Shown here: positions 13,542-24,660 of the stretch, in pieces
How the letters are laid out: every line of letters starts with the position of its first letter
Position numbering within the stretch: the stretch's first letter is position 1
The notes under the pieces: model-generated
Database searches by the model: none
What the model was told of the DNA's origin: nothing
The model's input: the letters and a program-made list of their open reading frames with translations, nothing else
From: the human T2T-CHM13v2.0 reference genome, Homo sapiens
Length of the DNA: 64,000 nt
Direction: 5' to 3' (one strand)
Assembly (NCBI RefSeq): GCF_009914755.1
Contig: NC_060937.1
Program-made: the position numbers and the translations under genes

Positions 13542-14692
13542 CTGAGATATAAAAATTAAAATGTTCAGTTATATTCCTCTAAGTATTATCAGGCAATTTC
13601 CTTTCAAAATCAAAATGCATACATGGATACTAATCCATTCAGGCAGTAAATTATGACATAAGACTACAGAATGTTGATGTTTCAACATTCTAGACAAGAA
13701 CATGCATGCCAAACCAAACCACAGACATTCTCTCTTGATAATAAAGTACTACAAAACAATCAAAAAGCAAAAACAAATAAATAAATATAACTGAATACGT
13801 ATGTTAGAACTCAACACTTTTCAGGATTAACATGAGGATTTACTGACTAAAATACACACACAGGTCTGGGAATTAGATTAGGGTTTTAGTACTAGTTTGT
13901 ACAAATTAGCTATGTGGTATGGTGACTAGTTCCCTTTGGACCTTTATTTATTAATTCTAAAGGTTCTTCCTTATAAAAAATAAAAACCCAAATAAAGAGG
14001 GTCTGCTATTAGAAATTACAAAAGTTCCTATGGTATTTCACCTCTTAACACTATCCAAAGGCCTGGACTCTCCATGGATAATTTTATAGTGAGACTCCAG
14101 AGCAATGAATATAAATGATGGAAAAAGAAGAATAAAAAACTGTTACATGCATTCCAACTATTTATAATATTGTAATTATAAAATACAGAAATAGGCCATA
14201 TCAAGTAGACTTAGTGCATATCATAAGAAATAACTGAAAGTATTCTCTTCATAATAAATATGGTATCAGATAAGTTGCCCAAATATAATGGCCCAGAATT
14301 ACGTCTATTATGTTAAGGGAATTTTACCTAAAGCATTTTCTAAAACATTTCCTAAAACATTACTTAAAGCATTTCAGAAAATGTTAAACACATATTTACT
14401 TAAATCTCACTAAGTCTAATAATATACTTGACTGTCACAGATTTTCAGTTTCATACTTGTATTAACTCATACTAACAGTCTGTTTGCATTTAAACCCATT
14501 TATTTGAGCAAATTAAGACAATAAAAGAAAACTACATAGAAGAGAAAAAAACCATGTGTATGACATGCGTTAAATATACAGAACTATGATTTTATGCAAT
14601 AAATCTGAAAGCAATGAAACTTGTTTTCCAAAGCTGACATATTAATAATACAAAGCTACACAGACAAAAAAAAATCCTGCTTAGATTCATAC

Positions 14693-14857
14693 CATTCGTT
14701 CTCTCTCTTCTTCTTTCTCCACATCTTCTTCATTTTGACCTTCATCATGTAAAACCACAGAAGATGGTGCTACCCACTGACTCTTGGGGAGAAGCTCCAC
14801 AGCCACAATATCTTCGTGAACAGCTCTGTTTAAATGTTTAAGTCCCTGTAAGATTAT
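14693..14857 (-). CDS. DIS3: DIS3 exon 6 (IILQGLKHLNRAVHEDIVAVELL...)
   Basis: 165 nt, AG/GT borders, inside ORF 14687..14905. Confidence 0.96.
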
Positions 14858-15406
14858 CTGTTTAAAACAACAGAGGGCACGTGCCCAAATTATTTTTAAT
14901 GGCAATATAATAAAGGGAAGATCATCTAACAGATATTTACATACACTCTGAATATCTCTATGGAATCTCTATTTCTCCTTTATAGATTTTCTTTCTCTAT
15001 TGTGTCCCTAATTCCACAACTTTAATTTCTCAATACCAGGTAGAAAAAATGTAAGTCAGAAAACACAGGCTGTGTTCATGGCTCCATCATAACTTACACT
15101 GGTAACAAGAGACTTTGGAAAAATTATTTATGCTCTCTAAATCTCAAGTCCTGATTGGTCAAATAAGAGTACACTACCTAGTTTTTATAGGTTGGGTTGA
15201 ATATTAAATGAAATGCCATGCGCAAAGATTTAAAAAACTACCTGACAAATTGTGAGCACTGCAAAAAAAAAAAGAAAAAAGTTACTATTTGCTTTAAAGT
15301 ATGTGAAGCCTCATATGTTACACAAATAGTATTTACCATTAAGTGTTCATAATATATAAAATATCATCTTTATTTTAGTGTATAAGGAATTTATTTATAT
15401 ACTTGC

Positions 15407-15574
15407 CTCTTTATTTTCTTCATTGTCGCCATGAATCCATACTGTAGCTTCCAAGTAATTTTCCCTGCTAGCTCTAAATGTTCCTTGAAGGTATGTACCA
15501 GATTTTATGCCTTGCTGTAGCTTACTTAAGGGAAGATGCTCTGAAAATATTATTTTTCCACTTTCTATTTCATT
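15407..15574 (-). CDS. DIS3: DIS3 exon 5 (NEIESGKIIFSEHLP...EENKE), followed by a GC donor
   Basis: 168 nt; acceptor AG at 15576-15575; donor GAG|GCAAGT. Confidence 0.94.
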
Positions 15575-15721
15575 CTATGAAAGAAGCAAACCAAAAGATG
15601 CCGCTAATAAGTCTTCTGTTCACTCAATACACAACTATTATTAATATCAGAGAATTTTTGAAATCTACATTATGATATACACAACTCTGAATAGGAGAGA
15701 AGATAGCAGTGTTTCTTATAG

Positions 15722-15915
15722 GCCAGTGCTAACAAAAACAGCTTTCTATGATGAAGGAAGTATTCATTTTGCGATCTCTAATATGGTAGCCACTAGACAC
15801 AAGTTTCTCTTGGGCACTTGAAAGACAGATAGTACCACCAAGAAACTGAATTTTTAATACATATTAAATTTAAATAGTCATATATAACTAAGTGGCTACA
15901 TATTAGGGCAATACT
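15722..15915. mobile_element. MER3-like DNA transposon (diverged)
   Basis: AATATGGTAGCCACTAG...GCACTTGAAA...GTGGCTAC. Confidence 0.6.
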
Positions 15916-16901
15916 AAATCTGTATTTCAAAAATCAAACCCAACTTTTATCTTCTCATTTCCTTTTGGTTTCATAAAGTATCATAAAGGTAAGAAGGGAT
16001 GACAGAAGTGTAAAGACTGGATTTATGTATAATGTCCTATCACTTAAAACCTATTTCTATAACAAGGGCTACCATTTATATTTACCATACCTATGTGCCA
16101 GGCACTAGGATGAAAATTGTATTAATGCTACAGTTATCATCTTATTTGATCCTTATAACAACACTATGAAGTTATTATTGCTAAACATTATATATTTATA
16201 TATAAGAAAATGAATGCTCAGAATTTAATTATTCCCTTAGCACTCCTTCTCACATCAGCTATTGTAATGACTCCTTTACTCACCTCTCTGCCTCTAATCT
16301 TTCCTGGATAAAATGCTTAATGTTACACACTGACATGAGAGTGGTCTTACAAACAAATACCATTTCCAATCATTCTCTCCTGCTCCACCAATCCACATTC
16401 ATATACCATTACTTTTTCTTAGCCTGACATATAAGGAAGGGATCTCAGAATCCTTTCCTCTTCATAGCAGCCCTTCAGGGAGATCTTTATAAATCAATTG
16501 AAAAATTACTAACCTACAGAATAAGTTCTAGGTCTTTACTATCTGGACACTCCCCTCCCTCTTCTTTCCTCTGTCTGCAGTGCCTGCCACTTCATTTGTC
16601 AGCAGCTACTCTTTATTCACAAATCAGCCATGGACTCCGTTCATTTTTTCCTCAACCAAACAGTGCTACCAGGTACCAGGCCCTACTCAGGTTAATGGGA
16701 ATATATCTATTTTAGAAAGTTAACTCCTTTAGGAATGGCATTTCAATAAGCCTATGACATCCACTCCTGTTTATAACACAACTATTCCAAATCCAGCTTA
16801 CCCACCGACATTCCAATTTTTAAATTTGGTAACTATATGCCTAATATTCCAAAGTGGCTATTTTAATATTTTTACTTTTCAAAAACAAAACAAAAACATA
16901 C

Positions 16902-16975
16902 CCCTTCTTCAGACAAACAAGCAAGACGATCTATGAGTTCGGGGTTAGCAGTTAGGCTCTTTACATATTCTTCAC
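16902..16975 (-). CDS. DIS3: DIS3 exon 4 (EEYVKSLTANPELIDRLACLSEEG)
   Basis: 74 nt, AG/GT borders. Confidence 0.95.
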
Positions 16976-17081
16976 CTGAAAAAATAAGTTTATGTTGTTT
17001 TTGATAAGTGTTTTTTCCTTAGATATGAAAAAAATGGATAGTCTTGTTTGCGACAGTATACACGTCATTCTTTCATTCATT

Positions 17082-17355
17082 GAGACACACTGAGAGTCTC
17101 ACTCTGTCTCTCAGGCTGGAGTGCAGCGGCGCAATTACACATCACTACAGCCTAGAATCCCTGGGCTCAAGCTACCTTCCTGCCTTAGCCTCCCGAGTAG
17201 CTGGGACTATAGTTACATACTACCATGCACGGCTTTTTTTTTTTTTCCTGTAGAGCTATAGTCTCCCTATGTTGCCCAGGCTGGTCCTGAACTCCTGGTC
17301 TCAAGCAAGCCTCTTGCCCTGACCTCCCAAAGTGCCGGGATTACAGCACCTGGCC
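17082..17355 (-). mobile_element. Alu (AluJ-like)
   Basis: Reverse Alu consensus. Confidence 0.92.
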
Positions 17356-17668
17356 TCAATTTATTTAAAAAACAAAACCCAAAAATCTGTTGATGTGATC
17401 ATACCTAAGCAGAAGCAGGGGTTCCAGTATATTTATGAGATTTCATTGCTAAACCAGTTGCAAATAGTGAGGGGAAAATTAACAGCCACTGGGCACAACA
17501 TATTTAGGTTAAAAACTATGTGAAATTTAAAAATACAAAAATATCACATGAAGTTATATAGGACTACGAAAATACTAAATAGTAAAGTGAACATCTGACT
17601 ATAGGCCTAATGATTATTTTTACACGCATTTGCAAACATGCACTAAGTACTTCTACATTTAGACTTAC

Positions 17669-17862
17669 AAGTGAAAGCTGGTATTCCTTCTTCTATGGCT
17701 TTCTCTTTGTTTCTCCTGTCATTTGTTATGAAGATAACTTGCAGCTGGTTGTCTGCTGACATTTTTTTCAAATGTTCATTGTACCATTTTGCTGCTACTC
17801 GAATCGCTCTATCATTCCTGTCATTAGCATTTTCTCCCTGTTCTTGTTCTACATAGGTTTCT
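17669..17862 (-). CDS. DIS3: DIS3 exon 3 (PIN domain; NDRNDRAIR...ITNDRRN)
   Basis: 194 nt, AG/GT borders. Confidence 0.96.
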
Positions 17863-18605
17863 CTAAATGGAAAGAAAAAACGAAATAAAAGGAAATCAGT
17901 AGAAACAAGGATATGTGAAAACTCTTAGCACATAAATGCTTAACCACTAAACTAGAAAAAGTCAATGGTATATCTTTTCTCTTGAATGTATTCAGATGTA
18001 CACCTCAGAGAAGAAATCAAGATTCTTATAATTAAGTTTTTAAGAAACAATTTGCTTGGAAAAGAAGAAAATTATGTTATTAAGGGGACAAGAAAAAGGC
18101 TAATACAATTTTATTTCCTAAAAAGAAAAATTCAAGATCAGAATTTATACTTTAGGTTGAGACACTAAATAATAGTTTGTTGACAAATTATAATACAATT
18201 TCACAGGTATGATAATCAGATTTCATTCAAACTGTAGGTTAATAGCAATTCCTAAAAGCTACAAATAGTATAATTAGATCATTTATAATCAGAATTCTAC
18301 AGTCATTAATAAATAATGCATATAAATTATCCATGGTAAACACTAATAGCTGAAGCTATGTAGAGACTGAAAAGTCAGGTATATTAACAGATATTACGTA
18401 TTTCTTCTATCTAAACTCCCAAGTATGTCAACACATTCATCTATTTCTTTAAATCTGTTCATCAAAGCCAGGTTTAAGTACAACAGCAAAGTTCACTACA
18501 ATAGCTTCCAGTACTTAATGGTAATAGATTCAATTTAATAATTTGATTTATATTAATAGTTTTAGAATTATTTTATTCCTCATCGTTGAATGCACTTGCT
18601 AACGC

Positions 18606-18899
18606 TTTTTTTTTTTTTTTGAAACAGAGTCTTGCTCTGTAGCTCAGGCTGGAGTGCAGTGGCATGATCTCAGCTTACTGCAACCTCTACCTCCGGGTTC
18701 AAGTGATCCTCCCAACTCAGCCTCGCAAGTAGCTGGGACTAGAGGCATGTACCACCATAACCAGCTAATTTTTGTATTTTTAAGAGACAGGGATTTTCCA
18801 GGTTGGCTAAGCTGGTCTGGAACTCCTGGCCTCAAGTGATCTGCCCACCTCAACCTCCCAAAGTGCCAGGATTACAGACATAAGCCACCACGCCCAGCT
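18606..18899 (-). mobile_element. Alu
   Basis: Poly-T then reverse Alu. Confidence 0.94.
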
Positions 18900-19170
18900 G
18901 CTAATGTTTTAAGCTCATCAGTGAAAGACACAGTCATAAATTTTTGAATTGGTTTTAAACTTGGGTCTTTCTGCACTGAAAAACAAGTGATGTTGCTATT
19001 TCTGGATTTCAAGGAGGTACTAACAATAAGAAGCCTACAAGGGCTTTACTGGTATTCTTTACAAGAACATTGAAGTTTGAGATATAAGAATCAAGAAAGT
19101 TGAGATATTAAGGTTTTTAAAAATGTGCATAATCTGATGGAATTTCATTACCAGAAGTCTACACTCTAAT

Positions 19171-19390
19171 CCAATGGTTCTCAATTGAGTGAATTCACCC
19201 CTCAGGGCATTTTGTATCATTACAACTGAGTGGTGGTGGTGGTGGTGGTGGTGGGGGGGGTAAGGGGTGGTGATCCTGCCAAATAGGCTAGGAACACTGT
19301 TAAACATACTACAATGTATAAAACAGCCTTTCCACCACAAAAAAATTATTCAGTTCAAAATATCTATAATGCCAAGATTGAGAAGCCCTG
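19171..19390. mobile_element. MER20-like element containing a (TGG)n/G run
   Basis: CAATGGTTCTCAA...TTGAGAAGCCCTG ends; TCTAATCCAAT at both flanks. Confidence 0.7.
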
Positions 19391-19527
19391 ATCTAATCCA
19401 ATAAAAGTACCATACTCATCATACATTATTTATGTAATATAACGTAATAGGCAATATCATATTTTTGAGACCACACACTGAGTTCAAAGGTCTTGAATCT
19501 AAAAGCACAACAAAGAATTATATTCCT

Positions 19528-19891
<364 letters not shown>

Positions 19892-20328
19892 TTAAAAAGA
19901 CCATTAAGAATAAATCTACTTTCTATTTTTAAACAAAATAGAAACTTCACAAACTCATATATTTTATTACCCTCTGTTAGTTGTTCACATAATATGGTAT
20001 TCCAGGAACTTAAGCAAATCTCATCTTCCAAGATTCTATGGTCCAACTCATGCTAAAACCAATTCAAAATGAAAACATTTTGGAAATTAAAGTACCTATT
20101 GTAGTCTAGGAGTCAGCAGACCTTGGTTTTAGGCTTGAGCCCATCAATGCCTGTGTGACCTTAGAGAGATCCACTTAGCATTATCTTCTGCACAGCCATG
20201 TAAGAATTAAATAAGGTATGAAATCTATCACTTATCTTCTGACAATGTCATAAATTACTCACAGGAACCCTCTCCCGAATTTTGCTAATCCTGTGGTTTT
20301 CTGATATTTAACGTAATATTCCTCCTAC

Positions 20329-20486
20329 CTATGGTGCTCATTAGTGAAAGTATAGAAATGCTTCTCTTGGTTATTAGTCACATCTCGGATGCGTTTATAT
20401 ACGGGGGCACTGCGATTTCTCACTTCTTGAAGAACTGTTTGTAGCACAATTACATTCCTGATGGCAGGGTCCTCAAGAACATCAAT
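20329..20486 (-). CDS. DIS3: DIS3 exon 2alpha (PIN; IDVLEDPAIRNVIVLQTVLQEVRNRS...)
   Basis: 158 nt, AG/GT borders. Confidence 0.96.
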
Positions 20487-20771
20487 CTTAAAGAAAGATA
20501 AAGTTAATTTTTCCTATATTCATTTGTAAATAGCTCTGTCAAACATAAAATCCTGTTTTATGTTGGGCATAAATACTTTATGTTTTAAAAACACTGAATA
20601 AGTTAAGCCAAGAAGCTATTTGGCTATAGAAAACGAGACAATAGTCACTAAACCCTTCAGATCTATTAAAAAAAGCACACTTAAACAGACCAATCACAAG
20701 ACTTCGTAGAATTAAGGGTATTAATAAAGGAATACGTTGGCCCACATAGTTTTTTGTTCCTAGGCACTTAC

Positions 20772-20839
20772 AAGCTGCCTGGGAGTCGCAGGCTGGAGGC
20801 CACAGAAGCCCAGGTCCCCGGCCTCCAGGCACTTACAAT
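20772..20839 (-). CDS. DIS3: DIS3 alternative exon 2beta (IVSAWRPGTWASVASSLRLPGSL), short-PIN isoform
   Basis: 68 nt, TAG acceptor and GTAAGT donor, same 0/2 phase as exon 2alpha, no stop; matches my recollection of DIS3 isoform 2. Confidence 0.85.
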
Positions 20840-21087
20840 CTAAGGCAGAAGAGACACCAGGAGTTAGAAAAATAACGTGTCTGAACTACGACTCCAAGAA
20901 CTAAATTTTTTAAAGCACAAGGAAAAGAACCTCGGCCTGGGGAACAGGAAGCTTCGGTCCCGAGGGGGTTTCCCTTTCGCTAGGTATGTGACACTGCCAA
21001 AGACCCGCCTCCCTGGGCCTCAGTTTCCCTGTCATACCCCCTTGTCCCCGTGGGGCCGCGCTGTCCGCGGTTCGCCCGCCCACGCAC

Positions 21088-21315
21088 CTGGTGCAGTAAC
21101 ACATTAGTGTCGGGCAGCAAGTAGTGCGGTTGCGGGCAGACGCTGCTCGCCGGGTCCTGGGGCTGCGGCTCCAGGGCCGGCCCCTCGTGCGCCCCTCCAC
21201 ACGCTGCGCACCCGGGCGCACCGCAGCCGATGTCGTCTCGCAGGTAGTGCTCGCGCACGATCTTCATCACGCCGCCCGCCCGGGTCTTTTTTAAGAACGT
21301 CTTGGACTTGAGCAT
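21088..21315 (-). CDS. DIS3: DIS3 exon 1 coding part (MLKSKTFLKK...PDTNVLLHQ)
   Basis: ATG at 21315, 228 nt, donor CAG|GTGCGT. Confidence 0.98.
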
Positions 21316-21599
21316 CTTGCCTCGCCGCGCAGAATCCTAACCCCAGCAGCGCTCTTCCAGCAAAAGGCGTCAATCTAGAATACGCCTAACCCCGGAGGTT
21401 CTTCCCTTTCCATTCCCGGATATTAGTAACACTTCTCGCGGGAAAATGCCGAGATAAACATTGGTTGGCTCTCTGACGGCCGCGGGGATTGGGCGAGAGT
21501 GGGGAGGGGCGGCAAAGCAAGGCGAGGAGCCATTTCCGCCCGTGGCCTAGGCGGGGCTTCCTTCTGGACGCCACCTCACAACGTGTGTTGCTTTCCGCT

Positions 21600-21832
21600 C
21601 CTCGGAACATCCGGGAGAGTTGACTTCCGGCGGCTTGTGGGAGTGCTGGTTCTGTCCTCCTTGCGGGTGCGGAGATGGTTGTCTTGGTTACGGGTCCTAA
21701 CGGTCCCCTGCCTTGAAATCCCTTGTTGAGGGCCTGCAACCTTGTGCTTCCGACTGGAGACGCCTTTGGTCCCTCGGTGTCTGCACTGGCTGCTGGTCAA
21801 GGCTTCAGTGTGGAGTAATTGACACTTTCGAG
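21600..21832 (+). other. PIBF1: PIBF1 non-coding exon 1 (5' start approximate)
   Basis: Donor GAG|GTAACT at 21833 inside the CpG island; next acceptor at 22903. Confidence 0.8.
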
Positions 21833-22356
21833 GTAACTTGCGACTATCATCGCTTTCTTTCCCGCGTGGGGCAAGGAATCCCCCGAGCTGCCAAGTTTGG
21901 GGCTTAATTTTCACGCCGAGTGTATAGGCAGTCCCCGTCTCGGGCCCTTTGTAATCGAGGAGAGAATTTGTCTTTGAATTCACTTTTTCTTACCTATTTC
22001 CCTTCAAAAAGAAGGAGGGAGGCCGATCTTAGTATAGTTCTCGCTGTTTCCCCTCCACACACCTTTCCTTATCATTCAGTTTAGAAAAACTGAAATATTT
22101 AATAGCATAATTTGTTATATCATGAGGTATTAAAACAAGGTAGTTGCTAACATTCTTATGAGAGAGTTAGAAGTAAGTTCTATTTAGAATTTCTTGAATT
22201 TTTCTTATATCCTGTTGTTTTCATTCTGCTATCTATAAAAAATGTTTTTGTCCCCGTTTTCCCTATTTAAAACATCTTCAATGATGCCTCATTGCCTGTA
22301 GAATAAAATCCAATCCTATTTTGACATTTAAGGCCTTCCAGTCTTGATCGTTAAGG

Positions 22357-22358
<2 letters not shown>

Positions 22359-22388
<30 letters not shown>
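22359..22388. repeat. (GT)15 microsatellite
   Basis: Direct reading. Confidence 0.97.
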
Positions 22389-22391
<3 letters not shown>

Positions 22392-22935
22392 TGTTTGTGT
22401 TGGGGGGGCGGTGAAAGGAGTAACTATTCCAAGACTTGGCTTTGTTTTTTTACTTCCACTTACGTATCATTAATAACTGCATGATTTCTCCTTTTTACCA
22501 TGCCTGTCCAAATCTTTAAAGATTCTAAGTGCTACCTCTGTGTAACGTTTCCCTGACCAACTCAGACGTGATTTCTGTTATCTTTGAGCATGTGTTGGTT
22601 TTAGTGGTGCCATTCTTGATTATAATGGGCTTTTTTCTTCATCTTGTACATTTCTTTGTTTCCTCCAAGTAAGATTCCTCCCCGCAGGAACTGTTTTTTT
22701 AAGTTTCTCGAAGGCTGACTTCATATTAGGAATTAATGTGTTTGATTTGAGCATTAACTTAACTGCAATAATCTGTTCTAGATTTGGGATGCACTAAATT
22801 GCCTAATATTTATTTAAGGAATCCTTAGTCTCTCTTTAATACAGTCCATGATTTCTGTAGTTAATTTTATAGTACATTTGAATTAATGTTTTTTAACCTA
22901 CAGAATATTAAAATCAAATTAGAGAAGAAAACTGA

Positions 22936-23262
<327 letters not shown>

Positions 23263-23346
23263 TAAGAATTAAATACACACATTATCTGAACTTGAAATGA
23301 TACATTTATATTTCTTGACAAGTACAGCCTTTAAATAATTTTGGTG

Positions 23347-23690
23347 TTCATAGAAGTAGAGAATAGAATGGTGGTTACCAAGGGCTGGCGTGGTTAGGGG
23401 TGAAGGAGGGTTGGGGAGATGTTGGTCAAAGGATACATAATTACAGTTGAATAGGAGGAATACATTCAAGAGATCTATTGGACAGCATGGTGGCTATAGT
23501 TAATGACATTGTAATCTTGGAAAACATTGTGTTTTTGAAAAACACAGCAGATGTTAAGTGTTCTCATTACTAAAATAACTATGTGAGGTAAAACATTTTT
23601 TAATTAGCTAGAGTTAACCATTTCACAATGTACGTATACTTCAAAACATTATGTTGTACATGACATATACACACAGTTTTATCTGTCAGT
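23347..23690 (+). mobile_element. L1M 3' end fragment
   Basis: GAAGTAGAGAATAGAATGGTGGTTACC...TTCAAGAGATCTATTG. Confidence 0.8.
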
Positions 23691-23691
23691 T

Positions 23692-24259
<568 letters not shown>

Positions 24260-24337
24260 TTTAAGTATTGAAATATGGAGTGATTTAAACGTAGATATGG
24301 ATAAATTACTTTTGTAGGCTCAATTTAAAAAATCTAA

Positions 24338-24660
<323 letters not shown>

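Larger units (their letters stand above)
20780..21960. promoter_or_regulatory. CpG island / bidirectional promoter shared by DIS3 and PIBF1
   Basis: GC- and CpG-rich block in AT-rich surroundings; TCTCGCGGGA 21434, GCGGGAAAA (E2F-like) 21438, ATTGG 21460 and 21488, GC boxes 21501-21512 and 21550-21557, ACTTCCGG (ETS) 21623; no TATA box. Confidence 0.92.

Noticed and set aside
19059-19340. 93-aa ORF with a poly-His run
   Set aside because: The His run is just the reverse of the (TGG)n tract inside a MER20; no splice or promoter support.
20877-21983. Several overlapping ORFs across the CpG island
   Set aside because: Stop-codon scarcity in GC-rich DNA explains them; only the DIS3 frame has a recognisable product.
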